In this document: positions 47,187 to 55,327 of the stretch, in pieces
How the letters are laid out: every line of letters begins with the position of its first letter
Position numbering within the stretch: the first letter of the stretch is position 1
The notes under the pieces: generated by a model
What the model saw: only the letters and a program-made list of their open reading frames with translations
Database searches by the model: none
What the model was told of the DNA's origin: nothing
Origin: Clostridia bacterium
Lineage (GTDB): Bacteria; Bacillota; Clostridia; Oscillospirales; CAG-272
Direction of reading: 5' to 3'
DNA length: 64,000 bases
Assembly (NCBI GenBank): GCA_017507905.1
Contig: JAFWAA010000061.1
Location: forward strand, 404 to 64,403
Made by a program: the position numbers and the translations under genes

Positions 47187-47341
47187 ATCTGTAAAATCCT
47201 TTCGTCATGGGTTTTCGCTCTTACCCTTATATCATAACATAAAATTCTCCGAAATGCAAACAAAACTATTGAAAAAATAAAAAAAATATGCTATACTGAG
47301 TACGTTAAACACCGTATTCTAAGGAAAGGGGGCAGATCCTC

Positions 47342-47899
47342 ATGCCATCATCCTCCATCGGGAGCAAAAACACCGTCAAGATCTTCGTGCTCTACCTGAT
47401 GCGAAATATCAATTATCCCATGGATTTTGTAACCATCAACGACATCGTGATGCAGAACGACTACGTCATGTACCTGGATTTTGCCGAATCCTTCCACGAA
47501 ATGCTGGACCAGGACCTCATCATGCAGGACGGCGTCAGCGAGCTTGGCGATCCGCTCTATTCGGTCACGCGGAAGGGCGCGCTCGTTGCCGAGCAGCTCC
47601 GCAGCGATATCCGCGCATCGGTTCTGGACAAGAGCCTGACCTGTGCCCTGCGCTATCTGGATTTCAAGAAGCGCAACATCACCCTGGATTGCTCCTGGCA
47701 GCATCTGGCCGACGCCACCTACGACGTGACCTTCTGGATCCGCGAGGAGGGCAAGGAAACGCTCAGCGTCAAGATCAACGTGGATTCCGAATACCGCTGT
47801 CAGCAGATCCGCCGCAACTTCCGCGAGCGCCCCGAGGTCATGTACCGCGGGATCATGGCGCTTTTGTGCGGAAAAGTGGATTATTTGTTCGATCGTTGA
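47342..47899 (+). CDS. DUF4364-like protein of unknown function
   Basis: 185 aa. AAGGGGG RBS. Resembles the Clostridia-restricted DUF4364 family by eye (VKIFVLYLMRN...DFVTINDIV). Confidence 0.55.
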   Translation: MPSSSIGSKNTVKIFVLYLMRNINYPMDFVTINDIVMQNDYVMYLDFAESFHEMLDQDLIMQDGVSELGDPLYSVTRKGALVAEQLRSDIRASVLDKSLTCALRYLDFKKRNITLDCSWQHLADATYDVTFWIREEGKETLSVKINVDSEYRCQQIRRNFRERPEVMYRGIMALLCGKVDYLFDR

Positions 47900-47943
47900 C
47901 CTTTTTGTTCTATTTTCACAAAATAAAAACCACCAATATTTTT

Positions 47944-48018
47944 CCTCTCGCTCTGTTCAATTTATCCAAAAGCAAGCGCGCAAGTTGGAATGTTGAACAA
48001 AAGGCGAGAGGATTTTTT
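47944..48018 (+). terminator. long compound hairpin followed by a T-run (probable terminator)
   Basis: Outer stem cctctcgc (47944-47951) / gcgagagg (48004-48011). Inner stems tgttcaa/ttgaaca and ccaa/ttgg. Followed by attttttg. Confidence 0.6.
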
Positions 48019-48082
48019 GTGCAAAACGACTTCAAATCATAAAATATGTAAAATTTCTACAAGATACGTGTAAAAATTCCTA

Positions 48083-48110
48083 TTGACATTTGTCAAATTT
48101 ATGGTATAAT
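48083..48110 (+). promoter_or_regulatory. sigma-A type promoter (extended -10) of the sigma factor gene
   Basis: TTGACA at 48083-48088, 16-bp spacer, TGgTATAAT ending at 48110. The -35 element is half of the palindrome ttgacatttgtcaa. Confidence 0.65.
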
Positions 48111-48135
48111 GGTATTCAGAATAGTGTAAACCGCC

Positions 48136-48777
48136 ATGAGAATGGCAAATCCCGAAGGAAAAATCCACCGGAAAGGTACGCATCAACCCATGAGTCATCA
48201 GCAAAGCACCCCCGATCCCCTGCTTCTCTCCCTGCTCGCAGACGCGCAGGGCGGCAGCCAATCTGCCTTTGAAGCATTGCTTGGGCGCTATGCTCCGCTG
48301 ATCGATTCCATGACCGCGCGCTTCTCCCTTCCCTCCCTCTCCCTGCAGGACCGCGAGGATCTGCACCAGGAGGCCGTGGTGGCGTTCTATCGCGCACTGA
48401 TGCGCTACGACACCGCAAGGGAGCAGATCCCCTTCGGCTACTTTGCCAAGGAATGCATCCGCAACCGCTTGATCTCGCACCTGCGTACCCTCAAGCATCT
48501 GGAGCATACCGTTTCTCTGGAGGAGGAGCCTATCCCCAACGAGAGCGAGCCTTCTGCCAATCCCGCCGAGCATCTGGTGGAGCAGGAGAACTACTCGGCG
48601 CTTTGCCAACAGGTTTGCGGCATCCTTTCGGAGTACGAAAACCGCGTGTGGTGGCTCTATCTTGCCGGACGCACCGCCAAGGAGGTTGCCTCCCTGCTCG
48701 GAACCGACGAGAGGAGCGTGCAAAACGCCATCTATCGCATTCGCAAAAAGCTGAGGTCGGAGCTTCCCTATTCCTGA
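48136..48777 (+). CDS. sigma-70 family RNA polymerase sigma factor, SigH-like
   Basis: Region 2 (DLHQEAVVAFYRALMRYD...FGYFAKECIRNRLISHLR) and region 4 HTH (LAGRTAKEVASLLGTDERSVQNAIYRIRKKL). The start is uncertain: ATG at 48136, or ATG at 48190. Confidence 0.8.
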   Translation: MRMANPEGKIHRKGTHQPMSHQQSTPDPLLLSLLADAQGGSQSAFEALLGRYAPLIDSMTARFSLPSLSLQDREDLHQEAVVAFYRALMRYDTAREQIPFGYFAKECIRNRLISHLRTLKHLEHTVSLEEEPIPNESEPSANPAEHLVEQENYSALCQQVCGILSEYENRVWWLYLAGRTAKEVASLLGTDERSVQNAIYRIRKKLRSELPYS

Positions 48778-48880
48778 CACGCCCACATAGTTTAAGAAGA
48801 ACGTTGTTTCAAAGGTGACGGTTGAAATCCGTCTGGGGCGAAATCTTCATTTTACATGAACAAAAGAGAGAGGTACTACC

Positions 48881-49201
48881 ATGTTCCAAGACGAAACCTA
48901 CGGTGCAGTAGAAGAAAAAGAATTTGTCGACGAGACCATTGTCTGCAAGGATTGCGGCAATGAATTTGTCTTCACGGCCGGCGAGCAGAGATTCTATGCA
49001 GAAAAGGGCTTTATGAACAAGCCCAAGGCCTGCAAGGCTTGCCGCGATGCCAAGAAGAACGCCGGCAGAGCTCCCCGTGAGTATTTCACGGCAGTTTGCG
49101 CCGACTGCGGTGGAGAGGCAAGAATCACCTTCCAGCCCTCCAACGACAGACCCGTATACTGCAGTGCTTGCTTTGAACTGAGAAAGAAGGCACAGGAGTA
49201 A
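48881..49201 (+). CDS. CxxC-x17-CxxC zinc-ribbon domain protein
   Basis: 106 aa with two ribbons: CKDCGNEF...CKACRD and CADCGGEA...CSACFE. Confidence 0.75.
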   Translation: MFQDETYGAVEEKEFVDETIVCKDCGNEFVFTAGEQRFYAEKGFMNKPKACKACRDAKKNAGRAPREYFTAVCADCGGEARITFQPSNDRPVYCSACFELRKKAQE

Positions 49202-49257
49202 TCTATCTGTATCAAATTGTCTTTACATGTCTAACTTGATATAAATAGAGTTCTGAA

Positions 49258-49290
49258 CAAAAGGTCCGATGCTTCGGGCCTTTTGTTTTT
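49258..49290 (+). terminator. rho-independent terminator of the zinc-ribbon gene
   Basis: caaaaggtccga (49258-49269) pairs with tcgggccttttg (49274-49285) with one G-U pair, followed by ttttt. Confidence 0.8.
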
Positions 49291-49310
49291 CTCCCCTTCC
49301 CTTGGGAAAA

Positions 49311-49356
49311 GCCAAAAATAAAGAGCAGACAGAAGATCTCTGTCTGCTCTTTATTT
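49311..49356 (-). terminator. rho-independent terminator of rplS
   Basis: Perfect 18-bp stem (49316-49333 / 49339-49356). A U-run follows on the minus strand. Confidence 0.85.
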
Positions 49357-49374
49357 TGAGCTCGGCGATGCCGA

Positions 49375-49716
49375 TCAGATCTGCTCCTTAACCTTGGAAG
49401 CCTTGCCGACTCTGCCGCGCAGGTAGTAGAGCTTTGCGCGACGGACCTTACCGACGCGGAGAACGTCTACCTTCTCTACGTTGGGGGAGTGGATCGGGAA
49501 GGTCTTTTCCACGCCTACGCCGTAGGAAATACGTCTTACGGTGAAGGTCTCGGAAATGCCGCCGCCGTGCTTTGCGATGACGGTACCCTCGAACATCTGG
49601 ATTCTCTCTCTGTTGCCCTCTTTGATGCGGTTGTGCACACGGATGGTGTCACCGATGCGGATAGTGGGCAGCTCCTTCTTCAATTGCTCGTTCGTAAAAG
49701 CCTCAATCAGATTCAT
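49375..49716 (-). CDS. rplS: 50S ribosomal protein L19
   Basis: 113 aa. [44 protein letters not shown]... AGGAGG RBS. Confidence 0.97.
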   Translation of the reverse strand: MNLIEAFTNEQLKKELPTIRIGDTIRVHNRIKEGNRERIQMFEGTVIAKHGGGISETFTVRRISYGVGVEKTFPIHSPNVEKVDVLRVGKVRRAKLYYLRGRVGKASKVKEQI

Positions 49717-49801
49717 TGTTTGGCCCTCCTCTGTACCGGGTGTTCATGCGAGCATAGCAGCGGACCACCCTAAAATTCATTTGCGCATGCGCAACACGAG
49801 T

Positions 49802-49830
49802 ATTATAACACACTTTTTTCTCTTTTGCAA
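49802..49830 (-). promoter_or_regulatory. sigma-A type promoter of rplS
   Basis: On the minus strand: TTGCAA (49830-49825), 17-bp spacer, TATAAT (49807-49802). Confidence 0.6.
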
Positions 49831-49861
49831 GAGCTTTTTGCAAAAATATGAAAAAACTTTT

Positions 49862-50602
49862 TCACTTCTTCAGGATCACGTAAGGCTCGTCATCCGTGAT
49901 CTTGCGCACGTGCGGACAGGTGGGTCGCACGCGATAGGTGGGCGTCAGGAAGCGCACGGCGTTGCGAATGACCGACTGCACGTTGGGATCCTTATAGGTC
50001 GGGAAGGTCTCGTGCCCCGGCTGGAAGTAGAGGATCTTTCCGTTCCCGCGCTCGTAGAGGCAGGCAGAGCGGAAGACCTCGCCGCCCGAATAGTTGCCGA
50101 TCAGCAGGACCTTATCGGGATTGGGAACGACAAAGGGCTCGCCGTAGGTCTCCTCGGCCGGAAGGACGAAATAGCGGTCAACGTCGCGCGTGATGGGATG
50201 TGCGGGATCAATGACCCAGAGCACCTCGCGGTCCGCCGATTCCCGCCAGGTCAGATGGCAGGGTGTGCCCATCAGCAAACGGAAGGGCTTGGAATGATGC
50301 GCCGAGTGCAAGAAGATCGCACCCATACCGTCGAGCACGGCGTCACGCACCAGCTCGGCGATCTCGTCCGGCACCTCTCCGTGCTTGGCATGTCCCCACC
50401 AAAGCAGGACGTCGGTCTCCTCCAAGATCTCCTTGGTGATGCCGCAATTCTCATCGTAGAGCGTAGCCGTGCGCACGGTGATATCCTCCTCGGCGCCGAG
50501 AAAGTCCGCAAGCGCGCGATGGATCCCCTCGGGATACACCTGCTTGACCGTCCTCTGAAATTGCTCGTGATAAAACTCGTTCCAAATCAATACTCGGATC
50601 AT
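49862..50602 (-). CDS. ThuA domain-containing protein
   Basis: 246 aa. MIRVLIWNEFYHE..., DVLLWWGHAKHGEV, IFLHSAHHSKPF. GGAGG RBS. Confidence 0.8.
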   Translation of the reverse strand: MIRVLIWNEFYHEQFQRTVKQVYPEGIHRALADFLGAEEDITVRTATLYDENCGITKEILEETDVLLWWGHAKHGEVPDEIAELVRDAVLDGMGAIFLHSAHHSKPFRLLMGTPCHLTWRESADREVLWVIDPAHPITRDVDRYFVLPAEETYGEPFVVPNPDKVLLIGNYSGGEVFRSACLYERGNGKILYFQPGHETFPTYKDPNVQSVIRNAVRFLTPTYRVRPTCPHVRKITDDEPYVILKK

Positions 50603-50800
50603 GTCCCAGTCCTCCGCTTTTTCCCGTTTTGAACAGATGTATTATAGCATACCCTTCCCGTGAAGTCAACCGCTTTCAAAAAATATCCACAAAAGAACTT
50701 GACAAAGATGCGCTTTTCCAGTATACTGAACTATTGGACGGATACGCAAAACAGGATCAGGAAAGGACGCTTTCGCTCGGCGAAGGCAAGGGATTTGGAC

Positions 50801-51931
50801 ATGAAATTGGTAGCAACCTGCCTCTTTGGACTGGAAAAGCTGCTCGGCAGCGAGATCGACGCCCTGGGGCTTCGCCGCATCGAAACGATGGACGGCCGCG
50901 TGATCTTTGAGGGGGAGCCTCGGGATATTCCGCGCGCCAACATCGCCCTGCGCTGCGCCGAGCGTGTGTATATTCTGCTCGGCTCCTTCCCCGCAAAAAG
51001 CTTTGCTGAGCTGTTTGACGGCACGAGAGCCCTCCCCTTTGAAGATTGGATCGGCAAGGATGATCTTTTTCCCGTCAAGGGACACGCCATCAAAAGCAAG
51101 CTCTATTCCCTGCCCGATTGCCAGAGCATTGTGAAAAAGGCCGTGGTTGAGCGGCTTTCCGAAACGTACGGCTGTCGCTGGTTCTCCGAGAGTAGCGGCG
51201 TCAAATACCAGATCGAGTTTTTCCTCTTCAAGGACGTGGCGCACCTGATGATCGACACCAGCGGCGTTGCTCTGCACAAGCGCGGATACCGCCCCGAGGC
51301 AGGTGCCGCTCCCATTCGCGAGACGCTTGCCGCCGCCATCGCCATGACCGCACGCGTCAAGGAGGACACGCTCCTCTGGGATCCCTTCTGCGGCTCGGGC
51401 ACCATTCCGATCGAGGCCGCCCTTCTGGCCACCAACCGCGCGCCAGGCCTTGGCCGCTCCTTTGCGGGCGAAGCCTTTGCCAACCTCCCCGCAAGGCTTT
51501 GGGAGGAGGCACGCGAGGCAGCACGGGGCGCGATCCGCAAAGGCTCTCCCTTTGAGGCCTACGCCTCGGACATTGACGAGGATATTCTTGACCTGGCCTA
51601 CGAAAGCGCACTCCGCGCAGGCGTGGAGGAGCACATCAACATCTTTCAGGCCGACGCACGCAGGATCAAGCGTGAGGACCGCCGCGGCACGATCGCCTGC
51701 AATCCGCCCTACGGCGAGCGGCTGATGACGCCTGCCGAGGTGGCCAAGCTCTACGCCGAGATCGGACGCACCTTTGACGCGCTCTACCCCTGGCAGATCT
51801 ACGTCATCACCTCCTGCGAGGACTTTGAGCGCCTCTACGGACGCCGTGCCGACAAGGCCAAAAAGCTCTACAACGGCATGATCCCCTGCCATCTCTACGA
51901 ATACTTCCGCCCCCGTGAGGCGAAAAAATAA
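50801..51931 (+). CDS. THUMP-domain class I SAM-dependent RNA methyltransferase (RlmL/YpsC-like)
   Basis: ATG at 50801. THUMP N-terminus, then DPFCGSGTIPIEAA and the catalytic NPPYGER motif. Confidence 0.85.
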   Translation: MKLVATCLFGLEKLLGSEIDALGLRRIETMDGRVIFEGEPRDIPRANIALRCAERVYILLGSFPAKSFAELFDGTRALPFEDWIGKDDLFPVKGHAIKSKLYSLPDCQSIVKKAVVERLSETYGCRWFSESSGVKYQIEFFLFKDVAHLMIDTSGVALHKRGYRPEAGAAPIRETLAAAIAMTARVKEDTLLWDPFCGSGTIPIEAALLATNRAPGLGRSFAGEAFANLPARLWEEAREAARGAIRKGSPFEAYASDIDEDILDLAYESALRAGVEEHINIFQADARRIKREDRRGTIACNPPYGERLMTPAEVAKLYAEIGRTFDALYPWQIYVITSCEDFERLYGRRADKAKKLYNGMIPCHLYEYFRPREAKK

Positions 51932-51941
51932 GAATGCAAAC

Positions 51942-51979
51942 AGAGGACTTCTCCAAAAGGAAGAAGCCCTCTTTTTTTC
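51942..51979 (+). terminator. rho-independent terminator of the methyltransferase gene
   Basis: agaggacttc pairs with gaagccctct (one mismatch), followed by a 7-nt T-run. Confidence 0.65.
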
Positions 51980-51980
51980 T

Positions 51981-52793
51981 TTATTCTGCGATCGAAAATA
52001 CCTTCTTGGCGTTCTCGGCAAGCATCCGTCGCATATCCTCCTCGGAAAAGCCGAGCGACAAAAGGGACGCAAGCTCCTCCCTGGGATGCCACATGGGGTA
52101 GTCCGTGCCGAACAGGACGCGATCCGTGCCAAAGCGCAGGATCAGCTCCCGCACGCGCTCGGGCGGCAAAAAGCCGAAGCAGGAGGAGGAATCCACGTAA
52201 AAATTCGGTGCCCCAGCGAGCATCCGCTCCGCGTCCTCCCAGACCGACCAGCCGCCAAGGTGCGCCCCCACGACGGTAAGCCCCTCAAAGATCTCGAGAA
52301 TGGGAAGCATCCGATTGGGATTGGAAAAATCGTAGCGGCGGTCGCCCGTGTGCATCAGAATGGGCAGTCCCTCCTCCTCGCAAAGCTCGTAGATGCGCAG
52401 GAAGCGGAAATCGTCGATCTTGAAGCGCTGAATGTCGGGGTGCAGCTTGACCCCGTGCAGACCGAGGCGCACGATCCTGCGGACGTCGCCCGTAAGGTCC
52501 TCGCTCTCGGGATGAAGCGTGCCAAGACCGGTCAGGCAACCCTTTCCCTGTGCAACCTCCTCGGCAATAAACTCGTTGATGCCCGTGACCTGCTTTGGTG
52601 TGGTGGCGACCGACTGGATCACGAAATGATCCACGCCGTGCGCAAGCCCCTCCTCCATCAGATCCTGCACCGTGCCGCGGCAGACCGAGTGCAGACCGTA
52701 AAAGGTATCCGTGCCCTCTACCGCGCGCGCCGCGATCTTTTCGGGGTAAACGTGGCAGTGCGCGTCAACGACCGCATAGCCTTGGCCGACCAT
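51981..52793 (-). CDS. amidohydrolase_2 (TIM-barrel metal-dependent hydrolase/decarboxylase) family protein
   Basis: 270 aa. VVDAHCHVYP (HxH), GVKLHP, ILMHTG, GTDYPMW. The ATG overlaps the upstream stop (TGATG). Confidence 0.8.
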   Translation of the reverse strand: MVGQGYAVVDAHCHVYPEKIAARAVEGTDTFYGLHSVCRGTVQDLMEEGLAHGVDHFVIQSVATTPKQVTGINEFIAEEVAQGKGCLTGLGTLHPESEDLTGDVRRIVRLGLHGVKLHPDIQRFKIDDFRFLRIYELCEEEGLPILMHTGDRRYDFSNPNRMLPILEIFEGLTVVGAHLGGWSVWEDAERMLAGAPNFYVDSSSCFGFLPPERVRELILRFGTDRVLFGTDYPMWHPREELASLLSLGFSEEDMRRMLAENAKKVFSIAE

Positions 52794-55327
52794 CAGGCAG
52801 TCACCACGCGGCTCGCCTTGTGCAGACCGAGCTTTTCGATGGCCTCCTCACGCATCTTGTACTTGAGGATCTTGCCTGCGGCATTCATCGGGAAGCCCTC
52901 GACGAAGTCCACGTACTTCGGCACCTTGTGGCGCGCCATGTGGTCGCCGACATACTTCTTCATCTCCTCGGCCGTCATGCTCTCGCCATCCTTGAGGACG
53001 ATGCAGGCCATGATCTCCTCGCCGTACTGCTCGTCGGGCACGCCGATGACCTGCACGTCGCGGACCTTGGGATGCGTGTAGATAAACTCCTCGATCTCCT
53101 TGGGATAGATGTTCTCGCCGCCGCGAATGATCATGTCTTTGAGGCGTCCCGTAATGCGGAAGTTTCCGTCCTTGGTGCGACAGGCAAGGTCACCCGTATG
53201 GAGCCAGCCCTCAGCATCAATGGCGGCCGCGGTGGCCTCGGGCATCTTGTAGTAGCCCTTCATCAGGTTGTAGCCGCGTGCCACGAATTCACCCGTGACC
53301 TCGTCGGGGCAATCCTCTCCCGTTTCGGGATTGACGATCTTGCACTCGATCTCGGGCAGGGGACGTCCGACCGTGCCCACGCGGACCTCGATGGGATCGT
53401 CCGTGGAGCTCATGGTGCAGCCCGGGGAGGCCTCGGTCTGGCCGTAAACGATGGTGATCTCCTTCATGTTCATCTTCTCGACCACGTCCTTCATCGTGGA
53501 GATGGGACAGGGGCTTCCCGCCATGATGCCCGTGCGCATATGCGCAAAGCTGGTCTTCTCAAAATCGGGATGCTCCAGGAGCGCGATAAACATGGTGGGC
53601 ACGCCGTGGAAGGCGGTGATGTGCTCGTTGTGAATGCAGGCAAGCGCGGGCTTGGGGGAGAAATACGGCAGGGGCAGAATGGTGCCTCCGTGCGTCATGG
53701 TCGCCGTCATGGCCAGCACCATGCCAAAGCAATGGAACATGGGCACCTGGATCATCATGCGGTCCGCGGTGGAGAGATCCATGCGGTCGCCGATGCATTT
53801 TCCGTTATTGACGATATTATAGTGCGTGAGCATAACGCCCTTGGGGAATCCCGTCGTGCCCGAGGTGTACTGCATATTGCAAACGTCGTCCTTGTTGACG
53901 GCGGCGGCCATGCGGTAGACCTCACGCAGAGGAACGCGTGCGGCTCTCTCGAGTGCCTCGTTCCAATCCATGCAGCCCCTCTGACGGAAGCCGACGGTGA
54001 TGACGTTGCGCAAAAAGGGCAAACGCTTGCTGTGCAGAGGAGAGCCCGTCTTGGTCTCAGCAAGCTCGGGGCAAAGCTCGGCAATGATCTTGCCGTAATG
54101 CGTATCCTTCGAGCCCTCGGTCAAGATCAAGGTATGCGTATCCGACTGCTTGAGCAGGTACTCGGCCTCGTGGATCTTGTAGGCCGTGTTGACCGTGACC
54201 AGCACCGCGCCAAGCTTTACCGTTGCCCAGAAGGCAATATACCACTGCGGCACGTTGGAGGCCCAGACCGCCACGTGCGATCCCGCCTTGACGCCAAGAG
54301 CGATCAGCGCGCGGGCAAATTCGTCCACGTCGTCGCGGAATTCGCTATACGTGCGCGTATAATCCAGCGTCGTATACTTGAAGGCGTACTGGTCGGGAAA
54401 TTCCTCGACCATGCGGTCAAGCACCTGCGAGAAGGTCGCGTCGATGAGCGCCTCCTTCTTCCAGACGTACTTGCCCGTGTGGGCCTTGTTATAGTAAAGC
54501 GCAGGCTCCTTGCGGGAGGTGTCGCTATACTGCTTCATGTAGTTGACGAACTGGGAGAAGATGATCTCCATGTCGTCCAGCTCCTCGCACCAGCGCGGAT
54601 CCCAGACCAGGGAGAGGAAGCCGTCGTAATTGACCGAGCGGAGCGCCAGCATCATGGACTTCAGGGGCAGCTCCCCTTCTCCGACCAGGCAATACTCGAG
54701 GCCGTCCTCGGTCATGCGCGCATCGCTGACGTGCACGTGACGGACGTAAGCGCCCAGATGCTTGATGACCTGCTCGGCGCTCTCGCCGCCTCCAAAGTAA
54801 GCGGCAGACAAATTCCAGAGTGCGCCCAGAAAGTCGCAGGCAAAGCGCTCGAGAAGCGTGCGCAGCGTCTCGGCACGGCAGAACAGACCAAAGGTCTCAA
54901 TCAGCAGAGTGATCCCCTTCTCCTCGGCCACCGGCAAAAGCGTTTCCAAGAGCCCTGCGATGCGCTCGATCGCCGCGGCGTTTTTCTCCGCACTGCCGGC
55001 GTCGCTCGCCTTGAGGCGGATAAAGGGAATGTGCAGATTGGAGGCGACCTCCATGCAGGAGAGGATCTCCTGCACGTCACGCTCTCCGTCCTGTGCCTTG
55101 CCAAGATCGCAAACGGTGTCCATGCAGACCACCGTCAGCTTCTTCTCGTACAGGCGCCGCAGAGTTGCCGCGCTGGCATAGCCGTGGAAGGCGCCGTCGC
55201 GGTCGGTGAACATCGCATTATAAATATTGTGCAGCTCGATGCCCTCAAATTTCAGATCCTCGGCAACGTCGCAAAACTCCTCAAAGCTGCGTCCGTGCCA
55301 GCCCTTGGTGGAAAAGGAAAGCTTCAT
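52793..55327 (-). CDS. fusion protein: xylose-isomerase-like TIM barrel plus AMP-forming acyl-CoA synthetase/ligase
   Basis: 844 aa. The first ~280 aa match the AP-endonuclease-2 / sugar-phosphate-isomerase fold (KFEGIELH, LLIETF, VRHVHVSD, YDGFLSLVWDP). The rest is an adenylate-forming enzyme (MQYTSGTTGFPKGV, WLHTGDLA, GRLKDMIIRGGENIYP, GKILK). GGAGG RBS. The ATG overlaps the upstream stop (ATGA). Confidence 0.85.
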   Translation of the reverse strand: MKLSFSTKGWHGRSFEEFCDVAEDLKFEGIELHNIYNAMFTDRDGAFHGYASAATLRRLYEKKLTVVCMDTVCDLGKAQDGERDVQEILSCMEVASNLHIPFIRLKASDAGSAEKNAAAIERIAGLLETLLPVAEEKGITLLIETFGLFCRAETLRTLLERFACDFLGALWNLSAAYFGGGESAEQVIKHLGAYVRHVHVSDARMTEDGLEYCLVGEGELPLKSMMLALRSVNYDGFLSLVWDPRWCEELDDMEIIFSQFVNYMKQYSDTSRKEPALYYNKAHTGKYVWKKEALIDATFSQVLDRMVEEFPDQYAFKYTTLDYTRTYSEFRDDVDEFARALIALGVKAGSHVAVWASNVPQWYIAFWATVKLGAVLVTVNTAYKIHEAEYLLKQSDTHTLILTEGSKDTHYGKIIAELCPELAETKTGSPLHSKRLPFLRNVITVGFRQRGCMDWNEALERAARVPLREVYRMAAAVNKDDVCNMQYTSGTTGFPKGVMLTHYNIVNNGKCIGDRMDLSTADRMMIQVPMFHCFGMVLAMTATMTHGGTILPLPYFSPKPALACIHNEHITAFHGVPTMFIALLEHPDFEKTSFAHMRTGIMAGSPCPISTMKDVVEKMNMKEITIVYGQTEASPGCTMSSTDDPIEVRVGTVGRPLPEIECKIVNPETGEDCPDEVTGEFVARGYNLMKGYYKMPEATAAAIDAEGWLHTGDLACRTKDGNFRITGRLKDMIIRGGENIYPKEIEEFIYTHPKVRDVQVIGVPDEQYGEEIMACIVLKDGESMTAEEMKKYVGDHMARHKVPKYVDFVEGFPMNAAGKILKYKMREEAIEKLGLHKASRVVTA

